Source: Octopus sinensis (taxonomy: Eukaryota). Taken from it: a stretch of 64,000 bases of DNA. The notes beneath the pieces were generated by a model, which did no database searches, was not told the DNA's origin, and worked only from the letters and a program-made list of their open reading frames with translations. A program made the position numbers and the translations under genes. Where the stretch lies: contig NC_043014.1 of the NCBI RefSeq assembly GCF_006345805.1, positions 30,752,001 to 30,816,000 of the forward strand, written 5' to 3'. Below are positions 37,628 through 49,087 of the stretch, piece by piece (the first letter of the stretch is position 1; every line of letters starts with the position of its first letter).

Positions 37628-40600
37628 ATAACCTGCAATTTCCCAAATAGGCTTGTTCTCTTCTACTCATATTTGCATAGGCATGTATTCTTCAACTTAC
37701 CTCTGTGCACATCCACCTTAGCATTGTCAGCGATTCTGTTCTTAATGTTGATGTTGATGCTGCTGCTGCTATTGTCGCTGCTGCTGCTTTTATTTGTCTA
37801 ATTTATTGTCAAATGTATGTGGGTGGGATAGATCATACTTTAGGGCTTTCACACAAGTAAATTTATATTAAAAAGAAAAAAAAAACTTTATTATAGGAAA
37901 AGGTAAGAAGTTATTTACATTTTTATTTAAATAAGCTACTGGTTTCAATTGTTTTAAAAAATGATTTAGTCATGCTGAAATAAAAGGAAAATTAAATTGA
38001 AATAAACTAAATTAACCCTTTAGTATTTAAGTCAGCTATATCCAGCCAAAATAGTTTACCTGTTTTAAGCTCAACTGGTCAGATCCAGCCTCTCATGCCA
38101 ACCCTGCAATAAAATTAAGTTACCTCATTGAAATCTCAAAGCTACAAGACGATGCATGATTAATTTGAAACAATGTGAATGAATAAACATTGGTCTTGAC
38201 AGAATAATGTGAATGCTAATGGTTAAATTAATTGTTAGGAAGAGCATCCAGCCATAAAAACTGTGTCAAATTATTCAGTGGAGCTCAATACAGTCTTGCA
38301 GCTATCCTGGATGTTAAATGATGATGGTGATGAAGACGACAAATATCAGTTGTGAAAGTTCACATGATTTTCTTATAAAAGTCACACTGTATTGTATTTT
38401 TTAAATTTTTTATTGTTGCTAGGTAAGTAGACAGCTGTGGTAGTAGCTAACTAGTGTCCAGCAACAGTCAGAAAGAGAAGAAACACCATATGATTTTTAT
38501 AAGAAAAATACATGAATTTCTTCAACTGATAGTGATGAAGATTAATTTAATTTGTTTCAGTTTACTTTCTCTTTTATTTTAGTATGACTAAATCGTCTAT
38601 TTAAAGTAAATGAAACTGGTAGCTTATTTAGATAAAAATATGATTTCTTTCTTTAACTATGATAAAGTTCTCAAAGCATTTTCTTATTTTTGTCTTTATA
38701 TATGTTTGTCTTTGTGTGTATGTATGTGTGTCTATATGAATGTGTGTGTTTATATATGTGTGTGTGTGTATATGCATGTATCCATGTGTGTGTGTGTGTG
38801 TGTGTGTAATGTTACCAGTAGGTGCTTAGTACTACAATGCAAACACTTAACTGTACATGTACACCCAATATAATCCAACAAGAGAGCTTCTACATGGTCA
38901 CTCAGTCTACTAGAAATAGCAGGCAAATATCCTTAAGTCATGCACTATTTCTTAATCATTTTGGAAAAGGAAAGACATTAGACAGTGCAGTCTTATATGC
39001 ACTTGGGCTGAAAAAGAAATGGATGGTTATATCTGGAACACTTTGCTCATTAGTCTACTGGATTAGGATCAAAACAATAATATAACAAGAAGACTTCTTA
39101 TGAGATTTGCTTAACTTGCTAGAAAGAACAACAAAGTATCCTTCAAATCAAAACCCTGCTATCTTAAAAATGTAAGACACATTGGATAATGTAATCCTAG
39201 ATACATTATGTCTGAGAAGCGATTATTTGCTCACAGCTGAATCATCTTTAATCATAGGCCTGCTCAGTCAAAGCAAACCTGGGGTTAAACAATCCCCAAT
39301 ATTTCTATATACTTGTCATCTAAATAATTATCAAACCTGTTCAAACGAGCACAAATCACCATAAGTTTCCTTGAGCCCCAAAGTTTATTAACTTGACTCC
39401 ATGTCTCGTGCTTGAAATTGAGTGTTAGCTGAGAAAGCCACAATGGACTGTTGGTTAACATCATTGTGCTTATGTTGCCTAAGGAGCCTCAAGAAAAGGC
39501 CTGAACATCTCATTTTTTTTTTATCTACATAAAATCTTTGTTGTACTTAGACAAAGAGAAATTTATGTACATTTTGTAAATCAAGTTACTTAAAAGTAGT
39601 CTTTTTTAGAAATGTCTTTTATTCACATATTCAAGAAAATGAAGATTAGTGTGTGTATATGTTGGACATCCTTGCTCTGTATTTCATGTTTCTGTGTATT
39701 TGTTTTGAAAAATTTTCACAATGTATTTATCCTCCTTTTCCACCTCTTACCTCTCCCTCTCTGTGACACCAACAGTATTACTGTAAAAGAAAAAATTAAA
39801 CGAAGTGGAGTAGGTTTGTAATTTAAAGACTGTGTGATGTGAGACTATTGCACGTAGGAATTTAAATTGGGTACATGGATTCAAGCTTGTTCAGACTTGA
39901 CTGTTAACTTCTCAAAATTCACTACCATAAATTCATTGTAACCATTGCAGAAATGAACACTTTTTTTACAGTTGAAAGACACAACTGATACTTTATTTTC
40001 ATTGTTTGAAAAGAGAAAGAAAACATTTCCTTTTTAATGACATTAATTTGAATTTAACCCTTTGTGTACATGATCAAAGAGCTGTTAAATGTAGCTGTAA
40101 AAGAAGGAATGGTTGTGTTCATAGTCATTAACAGATGAGATTGATACAGATGAAGCTCATTTTAAACATTTGTAGATTGATCTCTGTAGGAAAATCATTG
40201 TTGGGGTTTCTAATGGATTTCAATTGGCGTTTTACAGCTGCAGGCCATTGTTGTTGTTTACCATTTGATGTTTAGTCCTTCCTTTATTTATCTTATGTTT
40301 TTTTATGTCCATGCAAGAATAAGATTTTGGATGATCCTACATACCAACTCAAATCACATCGGAGAACCCTCATTTAACCCTTTAACATTCACATTCTGTC
40401 AAAAGTAATTCTTATTTATTCACATTGATTTGAATTAATCATGCATTATCTTGTACCTTTGAGATTTTGACAAGGTAACGGTTAATCTTTAGAATGATAT
40501 TACAGGGTTAGTGTAAAAGGCTAGATCTGGCTAGTCTGAATATAAAACAGGTGAAATATTTTGGCTGGATGTGACTTGTTTAAATGCTAAATGGTTAAGA

Positions 40601-40983
40601 CATTTATGAACAAAAACCTATATTATTCACTTTTCATTTATTTCTTAATAGTATTGTCTATTATGAATTGTTGAAAAGTTTCATCATACGTAGCAGCATG
40701 GCACAATTCAACATAATTTCTATGTATTTGTTCATTCATTCTCAAACAAGTTGATTTAATTTTGATCAATACAGGAAGCAAAACAGATGACATCAGTGAT
40801 GATGGCTTCTTAGAAAAGACATTATGACTGCTCCAATTTCTCAAAAACTAACATTATTTCAGTTGTAATTAATATCCTTTGACATCAGTTATCTTCATAA
40901 GCAATGTTACATGTATTTTTTCATAATCTTTGTTGTTGTTTTTTTTTATTAAACATTTATTGTTTTTCTTCTTTCTATTGCAG

Positions 40984-41094
40984 ACTCTCATTTTGTTACT
41001 GGGTATCATCATCTTTGTGGTCTCTTTCGTTGTGGTCTATGTGTTAGTAGAGAAAGCAGATATTATTTTTCAGACTGCTCACAAACACTACTAA
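40984..41094 (+). CDS. NCSTN: Nicastrin alternative last exon B (distal): TM helix plus cytosolic tail
   Basis: Acceptor ttgtttttcttctttctattgcAG at 40982-40983; phase 0. Peptide TLILLLGIIIFVVSFVVVYVLVEKADIIFQTAHKHY* has 10/29 ungapped identities to the same human segment, including KAD..F. Not in the ORF track. Confidence 0.88.
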   Translation, partial: TLILLLGIIIFVVSFVVVYVLVEKADIIFQTAHKHY

Positions 41095-41619
41095 CTAGCT
41101 TGAACCTGAATCTAAACTAACTTTATCTAATTTAACTTTAAAAAAACTAAACTACACTTCTAGTAAGCCAATATGGCAAAGCTTATGTCAATCTATTTGT
41201 TAGCACAGAATACTTCTTGCTTTCCTTTCAATTTTGTTTTGGTAAGGCAAATGAAGCAAAAGAACAAAGAAGAAATTTCTCACACGAGGGACCAAAGAAC
41301 CATGAACCAGTTTCAACATCAAGAATTGATAATGATTTTTTTCTTCTTTCTACTAAACTATCATCTTTTCATTCCCCTCCTCTCTAAATACACACACATA
41401 CACACATATATTTATATATACATATGCCCCTCACACATACACACATTTATATATACATACGCACCCCCCACACACACACATTCACACGCAGACATTTTGT
41501 GTATATGTTTCCAATAACAAATGTGGATGTTATAATTTCAACTTTTCCATGTAGGTTGTCTACTTAATAATAAGGAGTATATAAAATATTTGTTCATATT
41601 TATGTGCACTGATGTTAGC

Positions 41620-43420
41620 AGTATCACTACCATTCTATATCCAAGCTTGCATGGGTTGGGTGGGTCTTCTCCAGTACACCATCTCACCAGTTATTGCAAT
41701 TGTTTGACATCTTGAGATCAGCTTTCACTGCTTCTGTGTCTTCCTTGGTTTTTCCCCTTCCATTGTCTCCTTCCACTCAGGTTGCTTGCACTTTTTTTTT
41801 TACCTAACTAGCACCCTCCATATGCATCAAATGCCCATAACAAGTGTTTTCTTTCTTGTACACAACATCTGAATCCTCTTATACTCTTGATAGCTCATTT
41901 ATGTTCTTTTCATGCACATAACATTGCACGTCCATACTTGTTTCATTTCATTCCTTTTCACATATTCCACGTTCAGTGTCCATGTTTTGCTACCATGCAA
42001 CATCACACTTTGTCAACTGTTTTCCAGGTTAGTGAATCCCTTTGTTGCAAGCAAAATCAGTAGCTTCCTGAACTGGTTTAACCTCATCCTTATTCTGGTG
42101 TCTATGCTTTTGGAATATCATCCTCTACCATTATGTCACCTACTTAATGGAAGCTATCAACTTGTAGTTCATAGCTATGGAGTCTTTCAAGAATTTAAAG
42201 GAATCCATTTCATAGGTGACCTTAATGTTCACTACTCATGCATCTGCTATATATGGAGTCTTTGCTTCTCTGTCTACCTGTTTGTGATCCCACTGCATTT
42301 GTTGTACTCTGGAAGTTTATATTTGATACACTGTGCAGAGTTACTACTTAACTTCTTTTCTGCATATTGAACAAGGCCGCTTCCCATTAGAGAGGTGACC
42401 ATGCTTGATGTGCCAACTAGAACTTTTGTCTTTGAAAGGTTTATTTTGAAGCCTCTAGATTCTTGCTTCCATGTTTGGAATATTTTTCATAATTTTCATT
42501 TGATCAGCTACGCGAACTAGATCATTCAGAAATTCCCTTGGATAGACAGTCTAAAGTTCTGTGAATTGGCTGGCCAACAATTAGAAACAGTAGTGAGCTA
42601 AGAACCAAATCTTGATGAATGCTTATCTGCAAGATTTTTCACTTAACTCATTACTAACTTTAATTTTGTTGGCAGCATCTCTTTACATCACTCACACCAT
42701 CCACTTGCCTTCACCTAGTTCTTTTAGCGATGACCTGACTACAGAACACGATGCTCCAAACTGCCTCTCATCTAAGCAACTTGTCTTTCTTGTCACTTGT
42801 ACTATAATCCTTTCTGTTACTTTTACTACCAGGTTCATCACCTTGATGACTCTGTAGTTATTTCTTTCTGCGGCATTTCCTTTGCCTTTGTTCTTGTTGA
42901 TGATAGTGCTACACCAGTCTTTAGGCATGACTCATCCTTGTACTACCTGATTGACTACACAAGTGATTAGCACATGTCCAACTTCACTGGATATTTTCAG
43001 TATCTCACTAGCTACCTTTGATGGTATCGCTACTTTCACTGCCTTCGTGTCCTCAATTGCACTTTTGACCATGCTGGTGTCAACTTGAACAGCTGCTTCG
43101 GATTTTCCTGGAGTAGAGCCTCTCTCATTCTGTTCAGTCAGTGATCTCATTGTGCCCCTTTCTTCTTGGTGTCAGTCACAATAAGTGTCATTTTCTTTCC
43201 ATACACACTTTTCCCCAATGACCTCTTGTTTCATACTAAAACACTTCTTTGCAATTCAGAACACCTCTTTCATCTTCTTTCTTTGCTATCTTTAGCTACC
43301 TGATATGATTTCTTGCTTCCCATTTTCTCCGAATCTAGGTCAGTCCTTTAGCTTTTATGGCAGTATCTGAAGTATCTCCATGTTACATTTTTCTCAGGCT
43401 GGAACTCCCACTCACAAATT
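41620..43420 (-). mobile_element. Decayed RTE-clade LINE
   Basis: Minus-strand MPKDWCSTIINKNKGKGNAAERNNYRVIKVMNLVVKVTERII...QFG and SMVKSAIEDTKAVKVAIPS.VASEILK are typical RTE RT N-terminal motifs. Confidence 0.8.
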
Positions 43421-44107
43421 CTGTTTGTGACTTACACAGAAGCTCCCAGTTGTCCTAAGTTACATATCTATCATGTATATATATATATATATATACATAC
43501 ATACACACACACACACACGTATACATCTGTAATATATTATATGTGTGTGTGTCTGTATGTGTATATATATATATTTATATAAACACACACACACCAGGTA
43601 TTGAATTCACATTAATCAGAAGACCAGCTCTACTTGTTTCTTTTTATTAACTCAAATGATAATAAAAACATATTCTCCTCTTCAGCTTCTTTTGTTTTCA
43701 TCCTCTTCCAGTTTTTTCTTCCACAACTGAGATTTTCCTTGCGCGTTATTTTCATCTTCTCACTTCATTTCACTGTCCTTAACAGATCTCTCCCCATGAT
43801 CAGCACCACTGGAATCGTCTAAATTCTTGTTCCTCACCACATTCTGTTTCTGCAACTGCTTTGATTCCTTTCAAACTACTACTAGATTTGGGTCCTGTAT
43901 TGCTTGTTCCTGATGAAAGTGCAGGCTTCTGCAAAACATTAAAAGTGGGGGAGAGTGTTTTGGTGGAGAAGATTAATAACTTGTTGTTTAGCCCTGATAT
44001 GAACACAACTGTTGATCAAATAAAGACATTCCAACCACCATTATTATCCTGTCTTCTTTTTTTCAGACAGGCTACCTACGACTACATTTGTTAAATGTGC
44101 TCTTCCT

Positions 44108-44110
44108 ATA

Positions 44111-44198
<88 letters not shown>
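44108..44198. repeat. Compound (TG)n(TA)n microsatellite, representative
   Basis: Read directly. Similar tracts at about 25840-25878, 28880-29050, 32395-32490, 32830-32862, 35470-35525 and 46560-46630. Confidence 0.95.
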
Positions 44199-44199
<1 letters not shown>

Positions 44200-46565
44200 T
44201 TAAATAGTAGTGCACAGTTGGGAAGATTTGGCTGCTATTTCTATTGGGGGAAGGTTCATATTGATTTGCAAAAAAAAAAATTCAATAATGCCTTGATGAT
44301 TCAGACATTTGGTTATATATTGGTTTCTGAATCTGTTCCTGCTTCAGATTCAGACTAAGGGAGAGACACAGGACTCAGTTTAATATCCCATCCCACACAC
44401 CACCACCACTACCACTGATTGTTCATAAGTTCTCATTTCTGTTCAGCATTGAACTGTTAACTCAACATTGTTATACAAGAATAACTTATGTTAATGAAGT
44501 TATGGGAAGTGTCTTCTGTTCTGCTTTAACCTCAGAATTTGTTAGAACTGTGCAGAAGTCTGTGTGTGTGTATCCATGGGGATAAAGTACTTTTCTTGAA
44601 AACAAGTGAAGGTTTGCAATAATTGGAAGGATATCTAAGTGTAGAATACCGCTGCACCAAGTCTAATCCAGCCTGTTGAAAATGCAGACATAAAGATGAT
44701 GATGAGGTCTTTCTGTGTATACTGGATCATTATCCCTCAGTATGCTGCCAGTAAAAATATTTATTGATCATGCCTGTATCTTCGTCAATTGTTCATAGTG
44801 AAAGTCTGTGTTGTGTTGTCTATATGTTGAAAGACACACAGAAACACACACTCACCCCCCCCCCCCAAAAAAAAACAACTATGTGTATTATATATATAGT
44901 CTTTTTTGAAATTTGTGTTGCATTGTATTGACAGACTCGTGCTTAAAATTCCTGCGTTTTTAATCAAAACTTGTTAGTTAACCATGGTGACAACACTACC
45001 TATTTATGTATCTTTTACACACACACACTCACAATCGCTCGCTTTCAACAACTTTTTCTCCTCCTGTTATTGCAGACAGACAGAAATCAGGTTCGCTTTT
45101 ATAAGATTGATGAAAGATATAAGTATCACTGAGAACAATGATAAACTTGAACATTTAATTGAAAATACTTTGTGGTATTTACTCTACTCAAGTATGCACA
45201 GATATATTCATGTCATCATTGTAAATGCAGGGAATCAATGATTGAACAAATCTGTACTGTCTGTTTTCATCGCTCAGATGTGGGTTGGACAGATTTGTAA
45301 TTTTAGAGGGCTAACTTTCATGGGAGGAAAGGAGGAGTGTAGTATTTTAGTGTGGGTCTGTAGTGGATTAGACAAACTTGTGATAAGATTAAGGAAGGCA
45401 AGTGAGTTGGGAGTGCCTAGGTGGAAGTGGCATGAGATGAACCTGCTTTGAGGTGCAAAGACTACTGTTGTTTGTACATTGTTGATACTGTTTTCTCAAA
45501 AAATAATTATATTTGGATTAAAACAATATTTTTTTTTTGAGATTTAAAATTTTATTTCTGTCAGTAGATAAGAGATAGATTTATTTTCCTTTAGACTCAG
45601 TACATTCTGAAACAATTCTTTCTCACAAAATCTTGTATATAAATAGTTCTGTCTAGTCTATATATGAGTGTGTGTGTATTGAGTCACACAAATATGTACA
45701 TTATACACACACACATCCCTTCCCTAATACTCTCTGTTAATCTCTCTATTTATATATTCTTACTGTAATAACCTTTTTCTCTCAGCACCTCACCTAAATT
45801 CACCACCCTTTCTTCTGCTCTCTCTTTCCCTCTTGTGTGATGGGGATCTTTACTCATTATAAGTCAAATTTACATGTTAAACTTCACCAGATGTGTTGAC
45901 ATGAAAGAAGCATCTAGTACCCCTTATAAAATGGTTGGTGTTAGGAAGGCCATCCAGCTATAGAAACCATGCCAAAACAGAGACAATAGAGCAAGACATG
46001 GTCCTGTGATTTGTTGAACTGTTCAGCCAATACCAGCATAGAGAGCAGACATACAATGGATGATTGTGATGATGATGTTGATGTATGTGTTTCGATGTAC
46101 AAAGAGGAGAAACACTATTCAATATATACAGTAGAATTTATTTGTTTGAATATAGTAATTTGCTTTGTACATTTATTGAAGTGACATGAAGCATTTGCTT
46201 GAAAGGAATACACATATCCTTTCTCTAATTCCATTTTCTATGTCTCTCTCCCCCTTTCTCCGTTTCTCTCTCTCGTTGCTCATATGTGACCATCGTCCAT
46301 CTTTCTTTTCCTCATGTGATCATCTTTCTTTTCTTTAAGGACTAGACATATCCTATCTCTCTCTTCTATCTTTTCTCTTGTCAAAGAAAATATTCCTCCA
46401 GCTTTTGCTATTTTATCCTCATTCTGGTCTAACGACCCTCCATGTTAGTTTTCATTCGTTTTCCTTGTATGTGTTCCCAACTTTGACCCTCCATAAATCC
46501 CAAATTTTATTTTGGTACTTATGGGAGCAACTGTCTTTGAAGACTCATATTGTCATTCAATATAT

Positions 46566-46600
<35 letters not shown>

Positions 46601-48695
46601 GCATATATATATGTGTGTGTGTATATATAAGTACCAGTTACGCACTGAGGTCGATGTAATTGACTTAATCCCTCTGTCCTTCTTTTTCCCCTCTATGTTT
46701 AGCCCCCTATGGAAATAAAGAAATATATATATATATATATATGCAATCACATAGCATATGGTTGTATGATGAAGAAGTCTACCTCCCAGCCCATTTTGTG
46801 GCACCTTAGGCAAGTGTCTTGTACTGTAAGCCCTGGGCCAATTCAAACATTATCAGTGGATTTGATATGTGGAAACTGAAAGAAACCTGGCGCATGTGTT
46901 TGTGTCAGCATCATATAAGAGGTGTTATTTTGTTTCCAGTTTTTGAAAATGTCTGGCCAGGAGGAAATACTATTTTGCTTGGAAATAGGTGAGGTTTGGT
47001 GACAGGAAGTGCATCTGGCTGTAGAAAATCTGCCTCAGTGGATTCATTCTGACCCACTGCAAGCATGGAAAAGTAGATGATAAAACAATTACTCTGACAC
47101 ATGTAGTAACAAGAATATCCAAAAGATTATTTGTTGTGTTGGTGTGAACACCTTTAGTTAATTATAACAAAACTGTTTTGGCATTTCACACCTTGTTTCT
47201 TTTTCTCTTCTCAGGCATTTTTTAACCAGGTAAAAAAAAAAGAGTTATAAATATTTATTAATTAGTGATTTTAGCAGAATCATTAATGCTGGACAAAATA
47301 CCTTTTCAGTATTTAATTTAATTGCTTTACATTTTGATTTCATATCTCACTGAAGTCAGCTTTGCCTTTCATCCTTCCTTCTGGTGGTGGTTGATAAAAT
47401 AAAGTACCTGTCAAGTACTGGGGTCAATTTAACCCTTTATTAATCATACATTATCTTGTAGCTTTGAGATTTTGATGATGTGACTGTTTATTTTTAGAAT
47501 GACATTGTAGGGTAGATGTGAGAGGCCTCATCTGGCTGGTTTGAATATTTGGGCTGGATGATGGACTCTCCCGTCAAAGACGACGCATTAGTGTTCAGCT
47601 TTTGCCAAGTGACCTTCACAATTAATTTATAGTGATCAAATAAATGTATATGTTGTACATTAGCTCACTCTCTCCTTCAAATCAACATTTCCTGTACAGG
47701 TGAATGGTGTTGAAGTGATTGCAGAGCAATGTGAGATGAAGTCAACACAACCTAATCTAGGGACTGAAACCATGTTTCCACAATTATGAGTGCAACACCC
47801 TGACCACTAGGCCATACGTCCTATAGCCAGTATAAATGCAAAAGAGTTAATCCAGGAATCGCGCTCCACTCACGTTTGTGGTCATGTGGATCACCATCAC
47901 CAACCAACTCCCACTTCTCAGATTGAACAAGCTTTTCTGTCCAGATCATCCCATTTTTATTTATATCTAGGACTTCATTGTCCAATATTAGCAAGTTGTG
48001 TGGCCTCAGGGAAGCTCTCTTGCTGTCATGGTGAGTAGTCTGATGTGGCAGAAAGCTTTCACTAAATAGCTTAGTCTTTTTTTTTTTTTCTTTTCCAATC
48101 CCTAGCAGCACTTAATGTGCTTAAGTTGCTGTTACCAACTCTCTTTAACTTTTGAAGACTTCATTCTTAATAAAGAACATTTTTTTAAAACCTCATAATC
48201 AAGTCATCGTCATTTGCCAAGTGAAAGATGTATTTTGTTAAAAATCCAGAAGAAACATGCTAATTTTTACTTGGGGGGTGGGATGGAAATTAAAACTTCT
48301 TTATTTTCTAATCCTGTTGCTGTAAATGTTTCAATGCTGTCTCTGCAGGGTTCACTGTCCTTAAATTTCAACTGAATTATTATTATTTAAGGTGGTGAGC
48401 TGGCAGAATTGTTAGCATGCTGGACAAAATGCTTAGTGGTGTTTTGCCTATTGCTATGTTCTGAGTTCAAATTCCATTGAGATCGATTTTGCCTTTCATC
48501 CTTTCGGGATCGATGAAATAAGTACCAGTGAAACACTGGGGTCAATGTAATTAACTATCCCCCTTATTATTGTTATTATCATCATCATCATCTAGCCTTG
48601 TGCTTACAGTAGAAACATTATTATCTCATCATCTGAGCAATGGGTTGGCAGGATTGATACAGGCAATGGACAAAATATCTTTTAGTAATTACTCC

Positions 48696-49087
48696 GCAGG
48701 AGTGGCTGTGTGGTAAGTAGCTTGTCTACTAACCACATGGTTCCGGGTTCAGTCCCACTGCATGGCACCTTGGGCAAGTGCCTTCTACTATAGCCTCAGG
48801 CTGACCAAAGCCTTGTGAGTGGATTTGGTAGATGGAAACTGAAAAGAAGCCTGTCGTATATATGTATATATATATATATATGCGTTTGTGTGTCTGTGTT
48901 TGTCCCCCTAGTATGGCTTGACAACCGATGCTGGTGTGTTTATGTCCCCGTTACTTAGCGGTTCGGCAAGAGAGACCGATAGAATAAGTACTAGGCTTAC
49001 AAAGAATAAGTCCCGGGGTCGAATTGCTCGATTAAAGGCGGTGCTCCAGCATGGCCGCCGTCAAATGACTGAAACAAGTAAAAGAGA
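48696..49087 (+). mobile_element. Abundant SINE family 2 (GCAGGAGTGGCTGTGTGGTAAG head), well-preserved copy
   Basis: tRNA-like head TGGCTGTGTGG...GGTTCAGTCCC, internal (TA)n/(TG)n and tail ATGGCCGCCGTCAAATGACTGAAACAAGTAAAAGAG. Other copies at about 470-860(-), 5200-5580, 8640-9015(-), 11440-11820, 13150-13530, 54415-54665, 56510-56760(-), 60735-61085(-). Source of many spurious ORFs. Confidence 0.8.

Noticed and set aside
41912-42370. 152-aa hydrophobic ORF
   Set aside because: It is the antisense of a decayed RTE LINE.
43786-44094. Plus-strand open frame of about 100 codons after an AG, considered as another nicastrin ending
   Set aside because: No TM helix or nicastrin similarity. The pyrimidine tract is equally explained as the antisense of purine-rich minus-strand sequence.
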